Source: an uncultured Bacteroidales bacterium (GTDB taxonomy: Bacteria; Bacteroidota; Bacteroidia; Bacteroidales; CAIWKO01). Taken from it: 34,110 bases of DNA. The DNA is taken from contig CAZELC010000001.1 in the NCBI GenBank assembly GCA_964512865.1, positions 1 through 34,110 of the forward strand, written 5' to 3'. The notes under the pieces were generated by a model. It worked only from the letters and a program-made list of their open reading frames with translations. It was not told where the DNA came from and ran no database searches. The first letter of the stretch is position 1; each line of letters begins with the position of its first letter. This document shows, piece after piece, positions 8,287 through 16,303 of this stretch. The translations under genes were made by a program, and so were the position numbers.

Positions 8287-9678
8287 TTAAAACTTAATTG
8301 CAAAAGTTATTACATAGCTATATTCAGTCCTTTCAACATATCGCAATGGCATGACAGATGGCACAAAACTGAACTTTGACTTTAGCAGTTCGGCCTCAGA
8401 ACGCTTACTTCTTGCATATCTTTTATTAGATAGACCAGATGAGATATTATCTGTTCCATAAATCAAAAACGTAACAACTCCAAGTCCTACTGCAGCAGCT
8501 CCACCGAGTGAAAGACCTAAAGAAGCTTTTTTGTCGGGTTTATCACTCAAATTGGTAAGTGCATAATAACCGCCGGCACCGACAAGTCCAAGGCTGACTA
8601 CTGACCAAAGCACACCTTTTGTAATTTGAACTGAGCCTTTTTTGTCAGCATCATTTGCTTGTTTTATCATAAGATTATAATCATCCTTTGCTTCCTTAAT
8701 TGCAATTTCTTTTTCGATACTTTCAATCTTGGCAATTTTACCTTTTGCATTTGAAGGGTCGGCGGAGTTCACTGATATTGCAGTCTGATAATCGCTTTTG
8801 GCAGACTGATAATTCTGCTGATTAAAATACTTATCACCTCTGGCAACGTATTCAAAATAACTTTCTTTTTTAGCCTTATTGAAAATTTCAGTTGTTGCTG
8901 CATCAAGAGGTTTGATATTCTTTGCTTTGTTAAGGTTTTCGTAGGCACATAAGTATTTTTTTGCATTGTAGCAATTTTTTCCGGTTGAAACAAAGGAATT
9001 GTACTTCTGTTCATCTGCAATCTTTTTCTTGCCTTTATACTCTTCAATTTTTGAATTTATATTATTTTTCCAATCGCCACAGTAATCATAATTTAGTGCC
9101 GTTTTCAATGAGTTTATAGCATTGCCATAATCTTCCTTCCCTGCAAATTCAATTGCTTTGTTCCATTGTTTTTCAACATCAGAAGTATATTGCATATCCA
9201 CCGTTTCACAACTGTTAAAATCAAGTATTATCCCGCCATTGGAGCCTTTACTTATTTCTTTTGTACTATGAGCAAAATATCCTATCTCATTGCAAGCGTT
9301 AATTTTTTGTCCATCATCAGGGAATGGGCCCAATAATCTGAAAGAATTTGAAACTATTCTTTCCCGACCAGTGGTAAAGCTTTCATAATGAAAAGAATGC
9401 CCTTTGGTTCCATCAAAATATTTTATATACTTTTGCTTAACTGCCTTTTCAAAAGCTTCTTTTACTTTCAATTGTTCTTTGTAACAAATTTCATAGTCGG
9501 AGTAAATCACATCATAAACAAAAAGATGTTTTAATGAAGTATAATAATTCCCCGGACTGTTATACATTTCTTCAAGACAAATGTTTTCGGTGACAATATA
9601 CCAGTATGAAGCTTTTGAGTTTAAAGAAAATGCCAGAGCAAAAAACAATAATCTAATTTGTAATTTTATTCTTCTCAT
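8287..9678 (-). CDS. Hypothetical secreted protein with Cys-rich N-domain, TPR-like helical repeats and a C-terminal TM hairpin (paralog of 11255..12586)
   Basis: The listed ORF runs to 9726, but the Met at 9678 gives the signal peptide 'MRRIKLQIRLLFFALAFSLNSKA'. Helical repeats include 'YGNAINSLKTALNYD' and 'YQSAKSDYQTAISVN'. Two Gly-rich TM segments are 'GVLWSVVSLGLVGAGGYYAL' and 'LGLSLGGAAAVGLGVVTFLIYG'. The protein ends '...YVITFAIKF'. Confidence 0.7.
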   Translation of the reverse strand: MRRIKLQIRLLFFALAFSLNSKASYWYIVTENICLEEMYNSPGNYYTSLKHLFVYDVIYSDYEICYKEQLKVKEAFEKAVKQKYIKYFDGTKGHSFHYESFTTGRERIVSNSFRLLGPFPDDGQKINACNEIGYFAHSTKEISKGSNGGIILDFNSCETVDMQYTSDVEKQWNKAIEFAGKEDYGNAINSLKTALNYDYCGDWKNNINSKIEEYKGKKKIADEQKYNSFVSTGKNCYNAKKYLCAYENLNKAKNIKPLDAATTEIFNKAKKESYFEYVARGDKYFNQQNYQSAKSDYQTAISVNSADPSNAKGKIAKIESIEKEIAIKEAKDDYNLMIKQANDADKKGSVQITKGVLWSVVSLGLVGAGGYYALTNLSDKPDKKASLGLSLGGAAAVGLGVVTFLIYGTDNISSGLSNKRYARSKRSEAELLKSKFSFVPSVMPLRYVERTEYSYVITFAIKF

Positions 9679-9733
9679 AATGATATTTTTTTGATTATAA
9701 ATAAGTGCAGGGCTCATTTTCATCAATAAACTC

Positions 9734-10031
9734 TTAATACGAATAATTGTTAATATATTCTATTTTCCAATTGTCTGCCTTAGTATCGCCAATGTCTTTT
9801 GTACGGGCCTTGTCTGCCTCCGACTTTGTTTTATATCTCCATACCTGATAATTGCCCCACATATAGTATTTCGAGCCGTATTTTACTTTAACAACATCAT
9901 AGAACGGGACTTCAATTTGAGAATCACTCAATTTATCATCAGGAATAACAAAAACATTTGAGTAAAGTCTGTGCATTTCATAATCATTGCTTCCGAAAGC
10001 TGTTATATAAACATATTGAGGCTTTTTCTCA
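9734..10031. repeat. Dispersed direct repeat, copy 1 (gene-internal, pairs with 10758..11058)
   Basis: 9909-10031 is identical base-for-base to 10936-11058 (123 bp). The adjoining ~130 bp differ at about 8-9 positions, all silent. Confidence 0.9.
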
Positions 10032-10117
10032 TTTGTAATTAGTTTATGAGGAACTATTGAAAAAGATGAAAAAAGCATCATTGCAATTAATGCTAAAAAG
10101 ATTTTTTGTGTTTTCAT
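9734..10117 (-). CDS. Hypothetical small secreted protein (paralog of 10758..11144)
   Basis: 127 aa with signal peptide 'MKTQKIFLALIAMMLFSSFS'. 84 consecutive residues (EKKPQYVYITAF...KDIGDTK) are identical to those of the paralog. Confidence 0.75.
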   Translation of the reverse strand: MKTQKIFLALIAMMLFSSFSIVPHKLITNEKKPQYVYITAFGSNDYEMHRLYSNVFVIPDDKLSDSQIEVPFYDVVKVKYGSKYYMWGNYQVWRYKTKSEADKARTKDIGDTKADNWKIEYINNYSY

Positions 10118-10145
10118 AATATTTAAAGATTAATCACCAATAAGA

Positions 10146-10547
10146 TTACCACTCTCCCGTTTGTTTTCTTGTTTCAAAAGCACTTTTATTTTTCAAGGCA
10201 ATCGTCTTTCTGATATTTTCATAGTATTTTCCTTCGTTAGTGCCATTCTTGCAGTTTGTAAAGCTGGTTCTGACAATTGTCATAGCAAGACTTGTTAGCC
10301 TTGGTGCTGTGAAAACATTAGATACAATAACGTCTTCTTCGCAAGATTTTTCAAGAAGCTCTTTAAACAAAGTTGTTGCTTTTTCAATATCAGCATCATT
10401 TATATCAAGTCCGGAGGAAGCACCTGCACCCCAGAACAAATCAAATATTGCTTTTGTTTCTGATTCAGTAACCGTTTGAGAGAATGATTTCTGAGCAAAA
10501 ATTGATAATGATATGATTGCAATAAATAAAATAATTGCCTTTTTCAT
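10146..10547 (-). CDS. Hypothetical small secreted protein
   Basis: 133 aa with signal peptide 'MKKAIILFIAIISLSIFAQKSFSQ'. No recognisable motif. It sits between the two paralogous small genes. Confidence 0.65.
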   Translation of the reverse strand: MKKAIILFIAIISLSIFAQKSFSQTVTESETKAIFDLFWGAGASSGLDINDADIEKATTLFKELLEKSCEEDVIVSNVFTAPRLTSLAMTIVRTSFTNCKNGTNEGKYYENIRKTIALKNKSAFETRKQTGEW

Positions 10548-10757
10548 TTTGTATAATTTTAAATTTTATTAATAATAGCTTTATTTTTCAGTATACTATA
10601 ACTGTGCTCTTCAATGAAATACAAAGCTAAATGCATTTGAGTTGAATGAAAAGCTCAAAGTAAAAAATGCATAAAGATTTGATTTGCAATTGAATTGTTT
10701 CAGTGCAAATTTTTTCTTATAATTAATTTATAAATGCGGTTTCCCATATTTATATTA

Positions 10758-11058
10758 TCAATAGGAATAATCGTTAATATAATCTACCTTCCAGGCACCA
10801 TCAGACTTTGTATCTCCAATATCTTTTGTACGGGCCTTGTCGGCCTCCGATTTTGTTTTATATCGCCATACCTGATAATTACCCCACATATAGTATTTCG
10901 AGCCGTATTTTACTTTAACTACATCATAGAACGGTACTTCAATTTGAGAATCACTCAATTTATCATCAGGAATAACAAAAACATTTGAGTAAAGTCTGTG
11001 CATTTCATAATCATTGCTTCCGAAAGCTGTTATATAAACATATTGAGGCTTTTTCTCA
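10758..11058. repeat. Dispersed direct repeat, copy 2 (pairs with 9734..10031)
   Basis: See copy 1. Similarity ends at the signal-peptide coding region and weakens in the last ~15 codons. Confidence 0.9.
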
Positions 11059-11144
11059 CTGAAATTAATTTTATCAGGACCCTTAGAAAATGATGATAGA
11101 AGTACTACCATAATTACAACAAATACAAATTTTAACTTTTTCAT
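10758..11144 (-). CDS. Hypothetical small secreted protein (paralog of 9734..10117)
   Basis: 128 aa with signal peptide 'MKKLKFVFVVIMVVLLSSFS'. The mature part is near-identical to that of 9734..10117. Confidence 0.75.
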   Translation of the reverse strand: MKKLKFVFVVIMVVLLSSFSKGPDKINFSEKKPQYVYITAFGSNDYEMHRLYSNVFVIPDDKLSDSQIEVPFYDVVKVKYGSKYYMWGNYQVWRYKTKSEADKARTKDIGDTKSDGAWKVDYINDYSY

Positions 11145-11254
11145 AATAATTTGTTTTAAATTAGTAATAATATTAATTTTTGTTAATTCATATGCAAAAC
11201 TGGTTTATATCTTTGTTAACTTTAAAGAAATAACATTTATAAATTCATTCATTT

Positions 11255-12586
11255 CTAATTATTCTGAAGTCTTTTTAGTTCCCTCTTCTTTTTTTGCAAC
11301 TTTCCAATATCACTAAATCCAATAATGGTTGAAATAAGCCCATAAAGATCCATGATACCTCCCACAACAATCATTACTAGACCAAGTGTTTCCTTTTCCT
11401 GCTCAACGGAAACACCATAAATTGTTAATGGAACCCCTCCTGCTAAGACTGCCATGCCAATACCAATGTCCTTTGGTATTGATTTTTTATACTTTTTAAT
11501 CTCAGATTGAAGTTGGATGACCTGATTCTCCTTTATCAAATTATTAACCTGTTCTAAATATTTATTGGCAGTAGCATCGTTTGGATGATATTGGAGGGCT
11601 TTTTCGAATGATTGTTTTGCCGCCTCATATTGCTTCGCGGCCATTTCACCTTTGCCTTTTTCAATATTAAAACCATAATTCGCATTATTTATTTTAGTGC
11701 TTAATCCTTTTTCGTTTGGCAAAATTGATTTTGCAAGATTATAGTTTTCTAAGGCTTTCGAGAAATTGCCAATTTTAAATTCATTGTCACCCTTTTCTAC
11801 ATAATATTTATAATTTTCTTTTTTTGACTGATTAAGCATCCTAACACAAGTTGTATCAAGTGCAAACAACTTAGCTGCATTTTCAAAATAACTCTGTGCC
11901 GACAAAAAATCCTTACTATTAAAAGAGTTTTTTCCATTACTAACATTTTTTTCAAAATTATTCCTCTTTATTTCCAGTTGTTTTTTTGCATAATCAGTTT
12001 TGGCTTTTTGTGCATTTTCAATTTTCTCATTAATTTCATCAGCTTTGCTTCCACAATCGCATTCAAGAGCCTCTTCATAAAAGGAGATCGCTTCATCAAA
12101 TTTATTTTTTGCCAGCTCAGTATTTCCTTTCTTGATATTTTCCATTGAACAGGACTTATATTTGAAACCTTGATCATAATAGCAGGTATTTATACAACCC
12201 AGCAGCTTTATGGTTTCATTATCATACTTCTCATATCCATAACGACTGCAAGAATTTTTCAATGCCTCATCACATGATTTATATGGCCCAAAAATTCTTA
12301 AAGCATCATTGAATTTAGCTACTTTATTATCCTTATAAAAATACTCAGCATCATACGTTTCCTTAAGATATTCCCAATATTGACTTTTCTGATATTTCAT
12401 TTCTTTATCGCAGAGCATATCTTCAGTTTTAAAGCATCTTATCCTTATATCAGTACACTTTGAATTTTTTGAATGAAATTCAGTCCCTATTGTATAATAA
12501 TATGAACCTTCCTGAGCAAAAATATTTTTGCCTGTCATTAAACTTAATGCAATTATAATTAGTATTAAATAATTACTCTTTCTCAT
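11255..12586 (-). CDS. Hypothetical secreted protein with Cys-rich N-domain, TPR-like helical repeats and a C-terminal TM hairpin (paralog of 8287..9678)
   Basis: 443 aa with signal peptide 'MRKSNYLILIIIALSLMTGKNIFAQ'. Colinear similarity to 8287..9678, for example 'FDEAISFYEEALECDCGSKADEINEKIE' versus 'YGNAINSLKTALNYDYCGDWKNNINSKIE'. TM segments are 'IGIGMAVLAGGVPLTIYGV' and 'LGLVMIVVGGIMDLYGLISTIIGF'. Confidence 0.7.
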   Translation of the reverse strand: MRKSNYLILIIIALSLMTGKNIFAQEGSYYYTIGTEFHSKNSKCTDIRIRCFKTEDMLCDKEMKYQKSQYWEYLKETYDAEYFYKDNKVAKFNDALRIFGPYKSCDEALKNSCSRYGYEKYDNETIKLLGCINTCYYDQGFKYKSCSMENIKKGNTELAKNKFDEAISFYEEALECDCGSKADEINEKIENAQKAKTDYAKKQLEIKRNNFEKNVSNGKNSFNSKDFLSAQSYFENAAKLFALDTTCVRMLNQSKKENYKYYVEKGDNEFKIGNFSKALENYNLAKSILPNEKGLSTKINNANYGFNIEKGKGEMAAKQYEAAKQSFEKALQYHPNDATANKYLEQVNNLIKENQVIQLQSEIKKYKKSIPKDIGIGMAVLAGGVPLTIYGVSVEQEKETLGLVMIVVGGIMDLYGLISTIIGFSDIGKLQKKKRELKRLQNN

Positions 12587-12598
12587 CCTGTTGATATA

Positions 12599-12919
12599 TT
12601 AAATAATTACTGTCGTATTAAGAGTTTGTCCCGGGCTGACTGTGGTAAGATCGCTGCTGGTGTATGATCCGGCGACAGTAATTGAATATGAACCGGCCTC
12701 AATATCACTAAAGACAGCCACTCCATCCGAACCTGTTGTTTTATTGTAGGTCAAAGTAGAACCGCTTTTATTAATCTGAACATTTAATCCGTTTTGTTTA
12801 ATAAGATTAGCGCTCATTACTGTAATTTTAAGTGTTGCTGTTGTTTTTTCTTTTTCGCATTGTACAAAAAGGCTTACATAAAGCAATGACAAGATAATAA
12901 GCAGGACTTTTGTCTTCAT
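12599..12919 (-). CDS. Small lipoprotein with carboxypeptidase-regulatory-like (Ig-like beta-sandwich) domain
   Basis: 106 aa with lipobox 'LFVQC'. 'TGSDGVAVFSDIEAGSYSITV' is typical of CarboxypepD_reg-like domains. It lies 12 nt upstream of 11255..12586. Confidence 0.7.
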   Translation of the reverse strand: MKTKVLLIILSLLYVSLFVQCEKEKTTATLKITVMSANLIKQNGLNVQINKSGSTLTYNKTTGSDGVAVFSDIEAGSYSITVAGSYTSSDLTTVSPGQTLNTTVII

Positions 12920-13218
12920 TATATTTATTTTAATTTATACTGACCAGATTAACAAAAGGGTAAAAGCAGCGTAGATTGCGATACTTAGTAAATGGAATGC
13001 TCAGAAATCCTAAATCTATTTAATAAGTTTTTTAGGAATAAGAAACCTTAACAAAAAAATTATTAATAGTTTATGGTATAAATATATACTAAATCTTCTT
13101 TAAAAAAAATTTTATTTTAAAAAACTTCATTCTCCTGAAACTTAAAAACTAATATAAGCCGGCAATAATAATAAATTAGCTTACACCACCAGATTTCCTA
13201 AATTACAACAATTAATTA

Positions 13219-13250
13219 TTTGCCTTTTAATTTTAACAACTGTATATTTG
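13219..13250 (+). promoter_or_regulatory. Bacteroidota-type promoter (-33 TTTG, -7 TAtaTTTG) for the AsmA-family gene
   Basis: TTTG at 13219-13222 and TATATTTG at 13243-13250, separated by 20 nt. The ATG is at 13282. Confidence 0.45.
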
Positions 13251-13281
13251 AAAACTATTTTAAAAACAAAACCTAAAATAT

Positions 13282-16095
13282 ATGAAAGCTAAAAAGATCC
13301 TCAAAAAGAGCCTTAAATGGTTAGGGATATTTATTTTATTTCTGATATTGATGGCAATTATTCTGCCTGTTGTTTTCAAGAAACAGATTGTGGAAGCAGT
13401 AAAGACTGAAATTAACAATTCCATAAATGCTAAAGTGGATTTCAAGGATTATCACCTTACCATGTTCAGAAATTTCCCAAACCTTACACTTGGGCTGGAT
13501 GATCTTACGGTTGTAGGTGTTAAAGAGTTTGATAAAGACACATTGGCAAATGTCAAAAAGATTAGAGTTACAATTGGGCTTTTCAGCGTTATTAAAGGCG
13601 ACCAGTATAATATAAGAAAAATATCCATCAACGATTCAAAGATAAAACTTAAAGTACTAAAAGGCGGCAAGGCTAACTGGGATATAGCCAAAGCTTCTGC
13701 CGACACCACTAAAAAAGCCGAGCCTGCCAAACCGTCAACATTCAAACTTTCCCTTAATAAGCTTGAAATAGTTAACTCTACGATATTTTATGATGATATG
13801 GATGGTGATATGCATGCAAGTATTAAACGCTTAGACCATGAACTCAGTGGTGATTTAAGTGCAGATTTCACGTCTCTTAAAACAAAGACAACAATTGACA
13901 CTGTTAACTTTAGTTATGGTGGAGTCACATATCTTAAAAAAGCCAATATTTCACTAAAGGCAGATATAGATGCCGATCTTAAAAATTCAAAATATACTTT
14001 CAAAGAAAATGAATTCATGCTTAACAACCTCTTTCTCGGCTTTGACGGATGGATAGCCATGCCAAAAGAAGATATTGAGATGGACATTAAATTCAACACG
14101 AAAAAGACCGAATTCAAAAATATATTGTCTCTTGTTCCGGCAGTTTACTCTAAGAGTTTTGATAAGGTGGAAGCAAAAGGAAAGCTGGCACTCGACGGCT
14201 ATTTAAAAGGTATTTATAATGAAAAACGAATTCCCGCTTTTGCACTTAATCTGCTTGTTGAAAATGCCATGTTTAAATATCCCGATCTTCCAAAAGCAGT
14301 GAACAATATCAATCTCGATTTGAAGGTGAGCAATAAGGATGGAAAAACTGACAATACTATTATCGATATCAAAAAACTGCATCTTGAAATGGGTAGCAAT
14401 CCTGCCGATATTAAGATGCTTGTTACAACACCGGTTTCTGATCCAAATATTAACGGAGCAATAAAAATTAAACTTAACCTTGCAGAAGTAAAACAGTTTT
14501 ATCCTATGGAAGCTACCGACCAGCTTAACGGAAACGTGAAGGCCGATATTGCACTTAAGGGCAAATTATCTTCCATAGAAAAAAAGAAATATGAGGACTT
14601 TGAAGCTAAGGGTGAAGTTGGAATTTCGAATATGTCATACAAAAGCAAAGATTTTCCAATGGGAGTTATAATTAATGAAATAAAAATGCTTTTCTCACCG
14701 GCATTTGTCGATATGCCTATTTGTAATCTGAAAATAGGAAAATCAGACATTGCTGCAAAAGGAAAACTTGACAACCTGTTATTTTATGTTTTCAAAAATG
14801 AACTGCTTAAAGGGAGCTTCGAAACCAAATCAACATTGCTTGATCTTAACGAGTTCATGACCGACTCAGGCAACAAGGAAGCAGTGTCTGCAAACAATAC
14901 AGAGAAATCATCAGGTATTACTGCAATTGAGGTTCCGGCAAATCTCGACTTATCACTCAGGTCATCCTTCGGAAGAATTTTATATGACAACCTTGATATG
15001 TCAAATGTTCTTGGAATTATTAAGCTTAATAATCGCAAACTCAGCCTTGAAACATTTAAAATGAACATTCTTGGAGGTGGGCTTACCGTTAACGGTTACT
15101 ATAGCACACAAAAAGCAGAGCCACAGGTTGATTTCAACCTCGACATCACCAATTTTGATATACCGCAAACCTGGAAAACTTTTGTAACTGTTCAGAAACT
15201 TGCTCCGGTTGCTGAAAAATGCAGTGGAAAGTTCTCAGCAAAAATGAAACTTAACTCTTTGTTTGACGGTAAGATGAACCCGCAATATAACAGTATGAAC
15301 GGAAGTGGTGCACTTAGCGCTAATAACCTATCTGTTAAAGGCTTCGAACCTCTAAATAAAATTGCTGACGCACTCAAGATAGACAAATTCAGAAACCTTG
15401 GTATCGACAAGGTAGCATTGAACTTCAGCTTTGCAAACGGTAAAGTAGAAGTTAAGCCATATTCATTTACTTTCGAAAAAATAAAAACAACAATTAGCGG
15501 GTGGAACTCACTTGACCAAAGTATAAGCTATGACGTTGTCATGGAAATACCTCGCGAACTATTTGGAGGCGCTGCCAACGGTGTTCTTAATGATATGGTC
15601 AGCAAGGCAAACAGCAACGGGTTAAATATCCAACCCGGAAATGTTATTATTGTTGCAGCAAAGATTGGTGGGACAATAACAAAACCTACAATTTCGACTA
15701 ATATTAAAAAAAGTGTGAATGATGCAGTTAATGATCTCAAAAATCAGGTAATTGAAGAGGTAAAGGACAAAGTTAATCAGGAAGTGAAACAGGTTAAAGC
15801 CGATGTAGAAGCTAAGATTCAGAAGATACTTGCCGATGCCCAGGTTGCTGCCGATCAAATAAGAGCACAGGCAAAATCTGCAGGAGATGCTTTAATTGCA
15901 GAGGCCGACAAACAAGGCAAAGCGTTGGTGGATCAGGCAAATAATCCGATTACAAAAGCTGCCGCTAAAAAAACTGCCGAAAAACTTGTTGAGGAAGCAA
16001 CAAATAAATCCAATCAGCTTCAGCAGGAAGCAGAAGTTAAAGCCAATAAGGTGCTTGACGATGCCAGAAAAGAAGCTGAGAAATTACGACAGTAA
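13282..16095 (+). CDS. AsmA-family outer-membrane biogenesis protein with a K/A/E-rich C-terminal tail
   Basis: 937 aa with N-terminal anchor 'WLGIFILFLILMAIILPVVF' and a long beta-rich body typical of AsmA/TamB-like proteins. The last 127 aa form a low-complexity helical tail. Confidence 0.8.
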   Translation: MKAKKILKKSLKWLGIFILFLILMAIILPVVFKKQIVEAVKTEINNSINAKVDFKDYHLTMFRNFPNLTLGLDDLTVVGVKEFDKDTLANVKKIRVTIGLFSVIKGDQYNIRKISINDSKIKLKVLKGGKANWDIAKASADTTKKAEPAKPSTFKLSLNKLEIVNSTIFYDDMDGDMHASIKRLDHELSGDLSADFTSLKTKTTIDTVNFSYGGVTYLKKANISLKADIDADLKNSKYTFKENEFMLNNLFLGFDGWIAMPKEDIEMDIKFNTKKTEFKNILSLVPAVYSKSFDKVEAKGKLALDGYLKGIYNEKRIPAFALNLLVENAMFKYPDLPKAVNNINLDLKVSNKDGKTDNTIIDIKKLHLEMGSNPADIKMLVTTPVSDPNINGAIKIKLNLAEVKQFYPMEATDQLNGNVKADIALKGKLSSIEKKKYEDFEAKGEVGISNMSYKSKDFPMGVIINEIKMLFSPAFVDMPICNLKIGKSDIAAKGKLDNLLFYVFKNELLKGSFETKSTLLDLNEFMTDSGNKEAVSANNTEKSSGITAIEVPANLDLSLRSSFGRILYDNLDMSNVLGIIKLNNRKLSLETFKMNILGGGLTVNGYYSTQKAEPQVDFNLDITNFDIPQTWKTFVTVQKLAPVAEKCSGKFSAKMKLNSLFDGKMNPQYNSMNGSGALSANNLSVKGFEPLNKIADALKIDKFRNLGIDKVALNFSFANGKVEVKPYSFTFEKIKTTISGWNSLDQSISYDVVMEIPRELFGGAANGVLNDMVSKANSNGLNIQPGNVIIVAAKIGGTITKPTISTNIKKSVNDAVNDLKNQVIEEVKDKVNQEVKQVKADVEAKIQKILADAQVAADQIRAQAKSAGDALIAEADKQGKALVDQANNPITKAAAKKTAEKLVEEATNKSNQLQQEAEVKANKVLDDARKEAEKLRQ

Positions 16096-16266
16096 AAGAG
16101 ACAATTAGTTTTTTCTGTGATATGATATTGCCATTGTATTGATTAACAATACAGAAATGCGTATTACAAATTGTTAAGGCATTAGCAATAATTCTTTGCC
16201 GTTCTAAATAATAAGAACTGCCAATCTTTTTCATTCAGCACTAAAATATAACCAGAAAATTATTAG

Positions 16267-16274
16267 TACTTTTG
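16267..16274 (+). promoter_or_regulatory. -7 box TActTTTG upstream of uvrA
   Basis: TACTTTTG lies 30 nt upstream of the ATG at 16304. It is only 9 nt from the TTG at 16283, which argues against that start. Confidence 0.4.
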
Positions 16275-16303
16275 CAAAAATTTTGAAGGCATCTGTACCT
16301 GAT

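Noticed and set aside
10680-10725. Plus-strand terminator-like hairpin ATTTGCA...TGCAAAT followed by TTTTTT in the spacer between the two minus-strand small-gene pairs.
   Set aside because: There is no plus-strand gene upstream to terminate, and on the minus strand it lacks a U-tract. It may be fortuitous in AT-rich DNA.
10734-10988. 84-aa plus-strand ORF. The same entry covers 16037..16234 (-), 26075..26398 (-), 28514..28828 (-), 31299..31731 (-) and 32506..33303 (-).
   Set aside because: All are antisense or spacer shadow ORFs overlapping well-supported genes, or AT-rich spacers without promoter or signal features.
13452-15858. Series of minus-strand ORFs (61-97 aa) antisense to the AsmA-family gene, plus 13260..13445.
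   Set aside because: These are shadow ORFs typical of the antisense strand of a long gene. They have no signal, no motifs and no independent promoter boxes.
16283-16303. TTG at 16283 as the uvrA start (as in the ORF track).
   Set aside because: A TActTTTG -7 box ends only 9 nt upstream, so the transcript probably begins at or after this codon. The in-frame ATG at 16304 is more plausible, but this is not proven.
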